Assembly (NCBI GenBank): GCA_000388065.2 | Contig: KB932210.1 | From: Fonticula alba ATCC 38817 | Lineage: Eukaryota; Protista; Nucleariida | Reading direction: 5' to 3' (one strand) | Length of the DNA: 64,000 nt | Shown here: positions 1 to 12,840 of the stretch, one piece after another | Numbering within the stretch: the stretch's first letter is position 1 | How the letters are laid out: every line of letters starts with the position of its first letter | Position numbers and translations under genes: made by a program | The notes under the pieces: model-generated | The model's database searches: none | What the model saw: the letters and a program-made list of their open reading frames with translations, nothing else | What the model was told of the DNA's origin: nothing

Positions 1-20
1 AGAGGGGCCGGCTAGCGCAC

Positions 21-3000
21 CGTCCCAGGGGGTGGCCCGGTGGAGGCACTCCCACAGCATGATGGCCGCGCTGTAGATGTCCGCCGGGAGGTAGTGGTCC
101 CGGTCGAGCGGGCGCTTCCGGTGGAAGGCGGCCAGCACCTCCGGCGCGGCGTACCGTGCCGTCAGGGCGTTCAGCTCCGGCGCCTGGCTCACCAGGGTGG
201 ACGACCGGTCGGTGCTGAGGTTGCGCGAGGTGCCCAGGTCGCCGAGGGCCGCGCGCCAGCCCCCGTCCAGGCGCTGGCTGACAAACACATTGCCCGGCTT
301 CAAGTCCCGGTGGGCGATCCCCTGCGCGTGCATGGCCTCCAGCCCGGAGGCCCACTGCTGGCAGATGTCCAAGATGGCGCCCTGGTCCAGGGGGACGTCC
401 GAGTGCAGCAGCGTCGCCAGGTCCGTGTCGAAGCGCTCCATGACGATGGCCGGCGGCTGCTCGCTGTACCCGTACAGCCGGACGACATTCGGCGCGTCGC
501 GCAGCAGCCACATCAGCGCCACCTCGTTCTGGAAGAGGGTCACCTGCGTGGGGGTCATGCGCGCGGCCTTCAGCTGCTTGATGGCCACGGTGCTCGGGCA
601 GCCCAGCCGGTCGGAGATGCCGGCCCCGACGGCGTGTGCCGCGAACACCGACGCCTGGGTCCCGGCGCCAAGCTGCTCCTCGTTCAGCGGGGCGAAGTCA
701 TTGGCAATGCTCACCAGGATGCTGCCGGGGAGCGACAGCTCCAGCATGGTGTTCAAGACCGTGGCGTCCTCATCGTCGTCGGTCTGCGTATTACGTGGTC
801 GGTGGGGTCGGTGGTCAGTGGGGTCGGTGGGGCCAGTGGTCAGTGGGGTCGGTGGGGCCAGTGGTCAGTGGGGTCGGTGGGGCCAGTGGTCAGTGGGGTC
901 GGTGGGGCCAGGGGCCGGTGGGGTCGGTGGGGTCGGTGGTTGGCTGAGCTCCGCGACAGGCCGGGGGGAGAGCGCACCTTGGTCGGGGCGCCGCGCTGGC
1001 GGCGCAGCCGCAGCAGCAGGAACAGCACCAGCAGCAGGAGCAGGAGCAGCAGCAGCAGCCCCAGGCCGATGCCCAGGCCGAGGGCTGTGTTCAGTGAGGC
1101 AGTGGTCAGCACACAGCAAGAGGGCGCAAATCAAAAGTGGTGCTCGCACGTACCGAGGCGGCGACCGGATGGCTTGTTGCTGCTGCAGTCCGCCTCCCCG
1201 GGACCGATGCACGTCTTGCAGTTGGCGTGGCAGGGCGCGCAGGCCGGCGCCGGCGCGTCGCGATCCGCGAACGTCCCATCCGGGCAGCTGGCCACACACG
1301 CACCCCCCAGCACCAGCAGGCCGGCCTCGCACTCGAGGCACACGTCGGCCACCGGGCAGGACAGCTCCCCGTCCGGGCCGAAGGCGCACTCCGGGGTGCC
1401 TGGCCCGGCGGCGCACCGCTCGCAGCCGGCCGGACAAGCAAGGCACATTCGTCTAGGTAGGGGGGGCACCGCGGCCGGGAACTCGACCGCGACCAGCCCG
1501 CCGGCCGGACAGGCGCTCAGGCACATCCCATCGCCCGCATGCAGCCAGGCATCCGGGTCCATGCACGAGGTGCAGTGCTCGGCTGCGCCGAGGCATGTCC
1601 AGCAGGAGGGGCCGCATGGGGCGCAGGTGCCGGAGCCCGTGCTGTACTCGCCGGCCGGGCAGTCGGCAACGCACTCGCCGGTCGACGGGGACAGGACGAA
1701 GCCGCCCTCGCAGGCCAGGCAGCCGGGCGTGCAGCCGACGCCGGGCTGCTCGGCGGCCACCACACACTCGGTGCAGTTGGCCCCGCAGGGCTCGCACATC
1801 GTCGTGACCCCGCAGCCGAAGGTGCCGGCCGGGCAGACACCCACGCACAGGCCCCGGTCAAGGTACGTCTGGCCAGGGCATACTGTGCACTGGTCGGCGG
1901 CCGCCCCGGCGCAGGCCAGGCAGGACCCATGGCAGGCGCCACATGTCCGGTCGGCCTCGGCAAAATACCCGGCTGGGCAGCTGGTCAGGCATGCGTGGCC
2001 ATGCATGACCCGGTCCGCCGGGCAGGCCGTGCACTCGGCGGCCCCGGGCCCGGAGCACGCGCCGCAGGTCGAGCTGCATGGGGGACATGCCGCCCCGCTC
2101 TGGAAGGTGCCGGCCGGGCAGGTGGCCAGGCAGCGGCCGTCCACCAGGAGCGGGGCGTCCGCACCGCACGTCAGGCAGTGCTCCGGCCCCGGGCCGTAGC
2201 AGGTCCCGCAGGACTCGTGGCAAGTGGCACACAGACCGCCCAGGGCCACCGAGGAGCCGGGGCACTGGTCGACACAGGCCGGGCTGGCCAGCAGCCACCC
2301 GCGCTCGCACAGGGCGCAGGTAGTGGCGCTGTGCGGGCAGCTGGAGCAGTGCTCCGTGCACTGGCGGCAGCCGCTGGCCGAGGTGTGGTACCCCACCGGG
2401 CAGGCCCCGGCGCAGCGCGAGGGCGACTGCTCCGCCGGCAGGGCGAGCAGGTCCCCCGGACACCCGGTACACTCGGTGCTCCGGACCCCGGCGCACTCGG
2501 AGCACGAGGCGTGGCAGGCCAGACACCGCCCCGCGATGGCCACATGCCCGGCCGCGCAGGCCTGCACGCAGTCGTCGCCCTGCAGCACGGCCCCGGCGCA
2601 CCGCCAGCAGTCCTTGTCCGTGGGGCCGTTGCACGTGGCGCAGGCCGCGTCGCAGGGCAGGCAATCAGCACCCGCACGATACTCGCTCTCCAGGCAGCCG
2701 GACACGCAGGTCCCCACGCCGGGGGCCGCCTCGACAAGCTCCAGCCCCGCGCCGCAGCCGGTGCACTGGTCGGCCCCGCCGCCGGCGCACGTCCGGCAGC
2801 TGACGTCGCACGGCTGGCACGACTCGCCGTTGCTGAACGACCCGGCCGGGCAGTCGGTGATACACTGCCCGTTGGGGCCCAGTACGAGGCCGGCCTCGCA
2901 CACCAGGCAGCCGCTCGCCCTGCAGGAGGCGCACCCAGGATCACAGGGGACGCATGTGCCGGTGGCGCCGGCCGCCGGCGGGCCCGCGGCCCAGCGGAAG

Positions 3001-6000
3001 CCGGCCGCACACACCAGGCACCGGTCGGCCCCCTGGTCGCACAGGGCACAAGACCCATCGCATGTGACACATCGGCCCGCGCCGGCATACTCGCCCGGGG
3101 CGCAGGTGCTGCCGCACAGCGAGGGCGCCTGGGGGTCCAGGAACACCAGGCCCGATCGGCACCGGGTGCAGGCACCGGCCCCGGTGCACTGCTCGCACGA
3201 CGCGTCGCACGGCCGGCAGGCCGGCACCTGGCCAGGCGTGCTGCTGGGGAAGAAGCCGGCCTGGCACTCCGAGCACATGTTCCCCAACGGCTCGCACGCA
3301 TTGCAGTGGTCGGGGCAGGGCAGGCACGCGGCGACAGGCCCGTTGGTCCAGGTCCCCGTCGGGCACGCCGACACACATGTTCCCTGGTGGTTGAGCTGGC
3401 CGGGATGACAGGAGGAGCAGGCGGCCGGGTCGTCGGGCGACAGGCAGGTGGCGCAGGACTCATGGCACTCGAGGCACATGTCGCGCTCCGGCAGGCGAAG
3501 CATCCAGCCCGGCGGGCACTTGGTGCACTGGTAGGGGCCGATATCCGGCGGGCCGAGCGACGTGCACTCGCTGCAGGAGGCATGACATAAGCACGGCCCA
3601 CCCGGCACGGAGTGCATCCCCGCCGGACACTGCTCCAGGCAGACGCCCGGCGAGTCGGAGAGCCACGCGCGGCAGGCGGTGCAGTGGCCCTCGGTCGGGC
3701 CATCGCAGGTGGCACAGACGGCATGGCAGCCGCCGCAGGCGGGCGCAAACTGCCCGGGCTCCGGGCAAGTCAAGAGACTCAGCCGCAGGATGGTGGCCCG
3801 GGGGCCCGCGGTGGCCAGCAGCAAATCCCCCAGCATCTGGTCGGCCTCGGGGGATCCGGCGACCGGCGGCGCCAGCGGCACGGCTGTCACCCAGTGCACG
3901 GCCGGGGAGCTGCCGCCGGGAGGCCCGAACGGGAGCCCGGCAAATGCCCGCCCCGGCAGAAGCCGACATCCGCCCACCGGGCCGGGCACGGTCGGGCACT
4001 CCAGCAGCGCCACATGGATTTGGTCCTGCGTCAGCAGCAGCAGCGCCGAAGGGTGGCGAATGGCGCCGAAGGAGCTCCCGCGGGCCGCCGACGCCGACAG
4101 CTCCACCCCGATGACGCGGTAGTCCTCCGACGAGCCGGGGGTCACGCCCGGCAGGACGGCCAAATCCTCCAGGCTGTATGACAGGGCCTCCAGGCGCAAG
4201 TGCGGCACCAGCCCACGGGGAATGTGCGCCACGCGCCAAGCCGCACCGCCGGCCGGGCCCTTCGGCCAGGCAAGCCCCGACAGGAAGACCTCGGCCGTGG
4301 CCTCGGGCCGGCCCGTGGCCAGGGCGACCGCGCGCCAGCCACTCGGCAGTGCCGCCGGCAGGGCGTCCCGCCCGGCGGCCACATCCACGCGCGGGTCGCT
4401 CGTCACCACCAAGCCCAGCGGCAGGATGGCCGCGCCGTGGGTGCCGGGCGCGTCCTCGGCCAGCAGGGGCTGCAGCAGCATATCCATGTCCACCCCGGCG
4501 ACCGCCGGCGCCGGGATCAGCACCGGATGATGGCGGAAGGTCGGGTGGGCTGGCAGCTGTGCGACGGCCCCGGTGTCCGGGTCCACGCGCAGGTACGCCA
4601 CGCCGGCGGCCAGCTCCACCGTCACAAGCCCCCCATCGGCCGGCAGGTGGCGCAGGCTCTTGGCCCCGGGGAGGTCCAGCGCATAGAACGAGTCGACTGC
4701 CACCTGGCAGCCATCCGCCGCCGGGGGGGGGCCGTTGGTCAGGCATCGAAGCTCCGCCACCGAGAGAAGGCCATCCTCATCGGCCAGCAGCGCCACCGCC
4801 AGGTTCGCCGAGATCGACACCTCGACGTAGGACCGAACACGGCCACTGTCAAAGAAGTTGGCGGGCAGGGCCTTGGCGAAGAGCTCCTCTCCCGGGCGCG
4901 CCAGCAGCCAGTGTGCCTGGCCGGCGGTGGAGAAGGTCAAAAAGTGCCCCGGCGGCCAGGCCCCGGGGTGCAGGACGACGGTCTGGTCCTCGGTCACGCG
5001 CAGGCGCGTTTGCGCGACGAGCACCACCGGGGTGCCAGCCGCGCCAGGCAGCTCGAAGTTCCTGGCCTCCAAGCCCACCTGGGCGTCCCACCACCGAGGC
5101 ATGCACCGGTTGCCGGCCTGGGAAAAGCGCTGGCCGCATGAAGAGACACACCGGGCCCCGAGCGAGGGGTCATCCTCAAGTAGCCAGCCCGTGTTGCACA
5201 CGAGGCACTGGCCGCCAGGCATGCAAGTCCGACAGTTTGGCGGGCATGGCTGGCAGGATCCTAGGTCGAGAGTTGGCAGAGGGGATGGGGGACCAGGGGG
5301 TCGAGGTTGTGGAAGGGGGGTCGTGGGAGGGGGGTCGTGGGAGGGAGGCCGTGGGAGGGAGGTCGTGGGGGGGAGGTCGTGGGAGGGAGGTCGTGGGGGG
5401 GAGGTCGTGGGGGGGAGGTCGTGGGGGGGAGGTCGTGGGAGGGAGATCGTGGGAGGGAGATCGTGGGAGGGAGGTCAGGGAAGGGAGGTCGTGGGAGGGA
5501 GGTCATGCAATGAAACGCGGAGAATCAAACGCGGCGAATCAAACGCAGAGCATCGAGATCAGGGCTCGACCAAGCCCAAGCGGGGGGCGGCAGGCCCAAA
5601 GGCACGAAAAGGGCATGACATACCGGAATGCGGCAGCAAGTGGTCCCCCAGAGTGAAGCCGTCCGTGCATCCGGCACACAGGACCCCGGGAACAGCGAGG
5701 GCGGCCCGAGCGCGGCCCGAAACACACCCATACCCCTCGATTCTGAGCGAGGGGTCGGCCTGTGGCGAAACGCACTCGATGGACCAGTCATCGGTGCAGA
5801 GGAAATCCGCCGGCTGGAGGTAGGCATACTGCTGGCCGACCAGGGCCCAGGTGCGAGCGCTGCCTGCCTGCCCGGTCACCAAACGGGCAAGCCTGAAGCC
5901 AGTGGCCCCATCGTCCGAGGCCCCGGCCGGGGGGATGGCCCGCCGCCAGGTCAGCTGGTGCCCCTGGCTGGGGGCCGCGACGATCCACAGCCCGCTCGAG

Positions 6001-6995
6001 CCACTGGCAAAGACCGCCCAGCCAGGCGGAGTGTCCACCTCGCCGGGGCCCAGGTCGAGAAAACGCCCCCCGGCGGGATGGACCCCCTGTGGGATCGAGT
6101 CCAGTGAGTGATCCAAACAGAGGCCAGTCAATTGTGACGGGTCGCTTGTACAAGTGCAAGTTTGGTCGTTGTCCAGGACAATGATGCGCATGTGGTGGCC
6201 ATTCTGGTTGGTCGAGTAAAAGTGTGTCCCCGCCACGCCGAGCACATTGCCCGGGAGGTTGTTGAACAGATTGACCAATTGGTGACTCGGGTAGAGGGGC
6301 AAAAGGACCATGATGATATTGTTGTTCCACACGACAAAACGGCCCGCGGTCTCGACCACGGCTCCCAGGTACGACGCCGGCAGATTGATGCTCGTGATGA
6401 TGTCTGCTCCGAACGCGCCTCCATGGAACTGGTACAGTTTCAGATGACCTTCCTCCGAATGGAAGACCAGGAAGGCGACCTTGCTCGGAGATGAGGCGGA
6501 GATGGCCAGCACCCTGCTCGATGCCGGGATGATGGTGGTCTTCCACTGCGAGCCGTCCAAAACAAGCAGGAGCCCCGACCCGACACCGACCAGCGCCGGG
6601 CCCTGGCGAGAGGACACCAGACGAAGGGCAACCTCCTGGGTGCCGGTCGGCAGGGGGATGGTCTGGGTGGGGAGCGGCCGGCCGAAGGCCCCGCCAACCC
6701 GATAGTCGGAGTTTAGGTCCAGCCTCAGGCCGGTTTGGGTGGCGCAGTCCGTCTCGCCGGTGGTCTGCACGGCGCACAGGGTCCCCGGCTGATCGGGCCC
6801 ATGCGAAAGGATGCTCATGCCGGGAGCGGGGCTTTGGGTGAAGGCCCATGGCTGCGCCTGGAGGTACATGTCGGGCAGCATTGTCGGGGCCATTCGAGCC
6901 AGGGGCAAGCCCCAGGCGGCCAACACCAGGAGGAGAGCCACCAGCGGGCCCGGGGCCCAGGAGCGCCGGGCTCCTGACCATCGGCCGCGCGACAT
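21..6995 (-). CDS. RK1: FU-repeat receptor Ser/Thr (TKL-like) kinase; last exon lies off the left edge
   Basis: Exons 6995-5624, 5260-1154, 1084-978 and 783-21; GT..AG introns of phase 1,1,0,1 keep the frame. Kozak-like GCCACCATG, signal peptide (PLVALLLVLAAWG), CxxC/FU repeats, TM ALGLGIGLGLLLL, kinase VAIK/HRDLKPGN/DLG/APE. Donor GTGCGC at 20 matches the intron position in the 12841-13751 fragment. Confidence 0.9.
795..945. repeat. Intronic minisatellite (25-bp unit x~4, built from 9-bp GGGGTCGGT/GGGGTCAGT subunits) in RK1 intron 3
   Basis: GTGGTCAGTGGGGTCGGTGGGGCCA recurs at 811, 836, 861 and 886; a shorter homologous array lies in RK6 intron 3 (~42197-42270). Confidence 0.85.
5314..5505. 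repeat. G-rich intronic minisatellite (GGGAGGTCGTG(G)n, ~15-bp unit) in RK1 intron 1
   Basis: More than 10 imperfect copies of GGTCGTGGG(A/G)GG inside intron 5261-5623. Confidence 0.85.
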
Positions 6996-7233
6996 GGTGG
7001 CCAGTGGCCGGAGGGGGGGGGGGNNNNNNNNNNNNNNNNNNNNNNNNNNNNNNNNNNNNNNNNNNNNNNNNNNNNNNNNNNNNNNNNNNNNNNNNNNNNN
7101 NNNNNNNNNNNNNNNNNNNNNNNNNNNNNNNNNNNNNNNNNNNNNNNNNNNNNNNNNNNNNNNNNNNNNNNNNNNNNNNNNNNNNNNNNNNNNNNNNNNN
7201 NNNNNNNNNNNNNNNNNNNNNNNNNNNNNNNNN

Positions 7234-10200
7234 AATCAGCACCCGCACGATACTCGCTCTCCAGGCAGCCGGACACGCAGGTCCCCACGCCGGGGGCCGC
7301 CTCGACAAGCTCCAGCCCCGCGCCGCAGTCGGTGCACTGGTCGGCCCCGCCGCCGGCGCACGTCCGGCAGCTGACGTCGCACGGCTGGCACGACTCGCCG
7401 TTGCTGAACATCCCGGCCGGACAGTCGGTGACACACTGCCCGTCGGTGCCCAGCACGAGGCCGGCCCCGCACACCAGGCAGCCGTCCGCCCTGCAGGAGG
7501 CGCACCCAGGATCACAAGGGACGCATGTGCCGGTGGCGCCGGCCGCCGGCGGGCCCGCGGCCCAGCGGAAGCCGGCCGCACACACCCGGCACCGGTCGGC
7601 CGCCTGGGCGCACAGGGCGCAAGACCCATCGCACGCGGCGCATCGGCCAGCGCCGACATACTCGCCCGGGGCGCAGGTGCTGCCGCACAGCGAGGGCGTC
7701 GAGCTTTCGGTCGCCAGGAACACCAAGTTGCTCCGGCAGGTGGTGCAGGCGCCGGCCTCGGTGCACCGGTCGCACGAGGCGTCGCACGGCCGGCAGACCG
7801 GGCCTCCGGCCGGGCCGATGAAGTGCCGCGCCGGGCAGAGGGCACACGTTTCCACACCCGCCGGGCACTTGAGGCATGGCGCCTGGCACGGGACGCAGTG
7901 GGCCCCCTGCGGGGCGAAGCCATCCGGGCAGGCGGCCACACAGGCCCCCTGGTGGAGGTAGTGGCCGGCCGGGCACGAGATGCAGGCAGCCGGGTTGCCA
8001 GGCAGCGAGCATTCGGCGCACGATGCATGGCACTCATAGCACCGGTCCCGGGGGAGCAGCGGGTCCGCGTCCACCGGCAGCAGAGCCATCCCCATGGTGC
8101 AGGAGACGCACTGGTACTCCTGCACCTGCGGGTCCGGCTGCAGGCAGAGCAGGCAATCCCCATGGCAGTCGCAGTGGTCTTGGCCGTTGGCGTGCAGGCC
8201 GGCCGGGCACTGCCCGACGCACATGTCACTCGGCCGGTCGCGCACGGTGAGCGTGCACTCGGTGCAGTGCTCCGGCCCGGGCCCGGTGCACTGCCGGCAT
8301 GCCGGGTCACAGGCGAGGCACTCCTCCGAGTAGGTGGCCGCCGAGCAGACGTCCAGCTCGATGGTCAGCAGGGCCGGCTGGCCCGGGGCCAGGGCCAGCG
8401 CGACGCCGCGCCCGGGCCCGGCCGACAGGGCCCCCGCCGGCCCGGCCGCCGGCAAAGCCACCAGACCCACCAGCGAGGGGTCCGGCATGCCGGGCGCCGG
8501 GAACACCCGCCCGGGCAGGAGCCAGCACTGCCGGCTTGGCGAGGCCGACGGGCAGTGCAGCAGCGAAAGGGCCACCCTGCCGTCCGCCAGCAGGAGCAGC
8601 AGCCCGCTCGGGTATTCCGCGTGGCCGAGGCGCACCGGGGCCGCCTGGAAATTGTCCCGCACCGCCGGCGCGGCGGTCAAGTCCAGCAGGGGCAGCCGGT
8701 TGAAGGGGATGTCCTTGGTCCGGCCGTGCGGCCGCAGGCCGTGCGGGTAGAGCTGCGCGATCCAGGTGACCCGGGCCCCGTCGGGCGGGCTGGCGTCCAG
8801 GAGCCCGGTCAGGAGGAACTCCTCCGGGCGGCCCGGCTGGCCGGTGGGCAGGGCCACCGCCTGGAGGGTCGGATGCCGGGCCGAGGACATGGGCATGGCC
8901 AGGAGCATTTGCTGCGTGACGCGCGGGTCCTCGGCGACGAGCATTTCCAGCGGCAGCAGCACATCCGCGTTCAGGGCGGCCATATGAAGCAGCTGGCCCA
9001 TGGCCACCATGGCCGGGTCGGCAAGTGGCTGGGGGAAGGGCGCCGGCAGGGCCGACACCGAGATGCCGGTGTCGACCAGCTGGGCCGTGCCGTCCGGCCG
9101 GACGCGGATCAGGATCACCGACTTGGCCAATGTCACCGCGGCCGCGGTGGTGGCGTTCACCCGGACCAGGCGCGACGTCGGCGAGTGGTGCAGGCGGACG
9201 CCGCCGGCCGGGTCGGCCTCCGCCAGGCAGGCAGCCCCCGTGGACGGGGGTGGCATGCCCTGGCACAAGATCCGCCGGTAGTCCAAGCCAGCGGGGCCGG
9301 TGCTCAGGGCCACGAGGACCGGGTGCCCGGAGGGCTGGCGGCTGGCGGCCACCAGCTCCAGGTACGAGTGCGCCCCCGGCATGGCCACCGACAGGCCGAG
9401 CGGGGCCGTGGCATCCGGCATGCCTCCCGCCCCGCTGGCCCAGAGGATGCTGCCGTCCTGGTGGAAGAGCAGCAGGTGCTCCCCCGGGCCGGCGGTGCTG
9501 GCCCCGGGCTCGAGCCAGCCAATGCGCGGGGTCGACTCGCCGGCCTGCCGGACCAGGCGCGTGGATGCCACCAGGTCCACCTGCGAGTGCCACTTGGCGT
9601 CGGCCCCCGGCAGGGGCAGCACCCCGGCCGAGGCCCTCAGGTGGGCCCTGGGCGCCGGCAGGCAATAGGCCCCGCGATCGAGGAACCCCTCGTCGCAGGT
9701 GAGCACGCACCTTTCGCCGGCCGGCGGCCCGGCGTCAATCTGCAGCTTGTGGCCATCATCACACACAAGGCACCCGTCGACATTGGCGCACGCCCGGCAC
9801 AGGGGGTCCTGGCATTCGGCGCACGGGGTGCCTGCGGGCGGCGGTGGTCAGTGTCGGCCCGGCCGAGGCGGCAGAGGGTGGCCCTCCGGCACGTACTGTC
9901 ATCGAGCGGCAGCATGGTGGTGGTGCGCCCATCGGCGCAGGCCGCGCACAGGCGCCCATCCTGGGAGAAGATCGAGCGCGCCCGGCCGGCGACACAGTCC
10001 CAGCCGAGGATGTTCTGCGGGTCCGGGGGCTCCGGGGCGCCATTGCAACGGATGGTCCGGTCGTGGATGGCCCCGGCCCCGGCCCCGGGCACGCAGCCGA
10101 AGTCCACACTGTCGAAGTAGACATACTGCCCGACCAGGGCCCAGGCCCCCGGGGCGCCGAAGCCTCGGCGCATGAGGGCCGGCTTCAGGCCGGTGACCGG

Positions 10201-11346
10201 CTCGTGGTTGAGCGGCAGCGACACCGCGTCCCAGGCCCCCGGGCCCGGGGTGGCCGACAGGGCCAGGCGAAAGAGGCCGGCCGGCGGGATGGCCAGAAAG
10301 AGCCACCCCGTCGGCTGGGCAAGGGCCTGGCCCGAGGGGGCCAGGATGCGCGCCTGTGCGGTGGCCGTCACCCCCGGCGGCAGGGGCTGCCTGAGCATGG
10401 CGGCCGGCGACTGGTCCAGGTCATCGCCGGCGATGATGCCCAGCTCGTCGGCAAAGAGGACCACCAGGTCCGGCGGCCCGCCAGGCGGCGCCCATGGCAG
10501 GATCCGCGACTCCACCAGGTCCAGGATGTCCTTGCCGAGCTGCGCCCTCGGGCGGAGGACCACCGGCTGGGCCGACACCGAGGCGATCTTGTCCGCGTGC
10601 CAGAGGATGAATGTGTCGGCGCTTCGCCCGGAGGCGATGGCCCGCATGCCCGGCAGGACCCCGCCCGAGGCGATGTTCGTGGGCAGGAGGGTCGAAAAGG
10701 ACACGACCACCATGTCCATGTCGGTGTGGAACACCAGCGCCAGGACCTGGTCGCCCCCGCGCGAGGACAGGGTCACCGCGGCGATGTCCTTGACGCCGGT
10801 GAAGGTGGTTTGCAGGCCCGCCCGGCCGAGCAGCCCCTCGTAGAGGTGCATCTGGAAGGGGGAGGACACCCCGGCGTAGGCCGGCAGCAGGGCCGCCGCC
10901 TGGCCGGAGGTGTGGGTCACCGCGAGCAGCCACTGCCCCGGGTCGGGCATCGGGTTGGGCGGGGCCTGGCCCATGTTCACCTCCGCCCCGTTGAAAAACG
11001 GCCCAAGCCGATACTCCGGCAGGATGTCCAGCCGGAGGAAGTCCTGGGAGTACACCGCGGCGGACATGTTTGACTGGAACGCCACCCCGGAGGCAAATGC
11101 CCCCCCGGACAGGCCGCCCAGCATGTGCACCAGCAGCTGGCTGTGCAGGCGCGACACGGCCCGAATGTAGTGCCGTGTGGCGGGCGCGGCCCTTGCCGCG
11201 TCCAGGGCCCCATCTGGGGCTGCGTGTGCCGGATCGAAGGCCGCCGCCGCCGCCGCCATCAGGACCGTCAGCAGCAGCGCCAGAAGCAGCGCGAGGGGGA
11301 GGCCGGGGGCCCTGTCTCGGGCCGCGGCGCGCGGCTCCCGGGCCAT
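7234..11346 (-). CDS. RK2: FU-repeat receptor kinase paralog, 3' part lost in gap
   Basis: ATG at 11346 (MAREPRAAARDRAPGLPLALLLALLL signal peptide). Exon 1 11346-9897, intron 9896-9832 (GTACGT..CAG, phase 1). Exon 2 runs from 9831 through domain B and FU repeats to the N-gap at 7233. Confidence 0.85.
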
Positions 11347-11932
11347 GGTACGCAGGCCGGGCGGAGGGAGAACGGGAGGCGGGGGCAGGGGGAGGGGGGG
11401 GGGGCAGGGGCGGAGGAGGGGACAGGGACAGGGGAAATGCAAGGGACAGAGGGGGTATATGCGGATCCCGGCATCCCACTCCCTCCGTGGGCGAGCCCCG
11501 TGAAAAAGGGCTCCCCCGCACGCAGGCTGGCTGGCCGGCCAATCCCGCATCGAGCACCAGGCGCCGCCATCCCGCCAGGGCGCCCCCTCTTGGCGGAGCG
11601 GGCGTCCCTCTGTCGGCGGGCCCGGCCGCACTTTTCCGGCGATGTGCCCTGGCTGGAAGCTGGCACGGTGGCGCCAGCAGGGGGCCCCTCGGGGCGGGGC
11701 CATCCGGGGCCCAGGCCCGAGATGGATGCCGCGCGGGGCTCCCCCGACCCGGGCGGGGCGCGGCCATCGTTCCGGCCTGGGGCCGCCATCCGCGTGTGTC
11801 GGCCTTCGAGTCAACAGCACGTTCAGGGGGGTCGGGGGGGGGGGGGGACAGGAGCGCTCGCGGGAAAATGCGCCCGGGGCCACGGCGCGTCGGTTTAAAG
11901 CAAGGCGCGGCGCCCCAACTGCCAGCGCCACG

Positions 11933-12003
11933 GCGTCGATGGTTTAGTGGTAGAATTGCCGCCTGCCACGCGGTAGACCCGGGTTCGATTCCCGGTCGAC
12001 GCA
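11933..12003 (+). tRNA. tRNA-Gly(GCC): tRNA-Gly (anticodon GCC)
   Basis: Acceptor stem GCGTCGA/TCGACGC; A box TGGTTTAGTGG; anticodon loop CT-GCC-AC; B box GGTTCGATTCC; T5 terminator at ~12016; TTTAAA about 35 nt upstream. Confidence 0.95.
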
Positions 12004-12840
12004 CGCGCTCCTCCTTTTTGTCCGGACGACCCCGGCCAGCCGCCTGGCAGCGCACAGCCGCGCCCGGGGGGAAGGGGAGGGAGGAGGGCGCGGGGGATCG
12101 GCCGGGGGGACACGCGCACCGCGGCGGGGGGGATGGTGCTCCGCGCGGCCCGGGTTTTTCCCGGCCGCCCCGGCGCCGCACCTCCTCCGACACAGGCGTG
12201 GGGGGGGCATGGCGCCCCTCGCGGCCCGGGTCCGACGCCGGGACCGAGGGGCCGCATCGCCGGGGGGAGACCCGACAGCCGCGCGGCGATAACGCCAAGC
12301 ACATCGTCGCTGCGCAGAATAAGGCCCGGCCACCACAGAAAAGGGCCCATTGCTTGGCACACTGGCAGGGGGGGGGCAGGCTTCTCCAGAGCGGCCAGAT
12401 GCCAACTCATACAGGGCGCGCCGTCGCCGTGCGCCCGGGCCGATTGTGGATGGAGCTCGGGGGGGGGGAGAGGCCATGAAAGGGTCAAACACGGGGTCCC
12501 GGGGGATGGGGCGGTGCAATGGGCGCCGGGCGTGCTCCGGCCTTTGCGCATTATGCACGTGTTACTCGATCATGACGTGGGCACATGCCCAGAGGGGCCT
12601 GTGGCTCGCGACGGATGATCGCCCGTGTGATGTGCCCGGTGCCGGCGGCCACCGGCCCCCGCGCCTGGCCAGCCCCGGGGCGTCTCCCCCCCCCCCCGCT
12701 GCCCGGGACTTGGGTGATTCCATTGTGGCCCCCCACCTGCTGATCGACAGAGATGTATTTGACTGTCTGGCCAAGAAGCTACAACCCGGGGGGGAGGGGG
12801 GGGGGCTGGCGGCCAGGATGCCGCCGAGCCACGCGACCAC

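Noticed and set aside
795-945. Regular repeats resembling a CRISPR array
   Set aside because: Eukaryotic intronic VNTR with no unique spacers and no cas genes.
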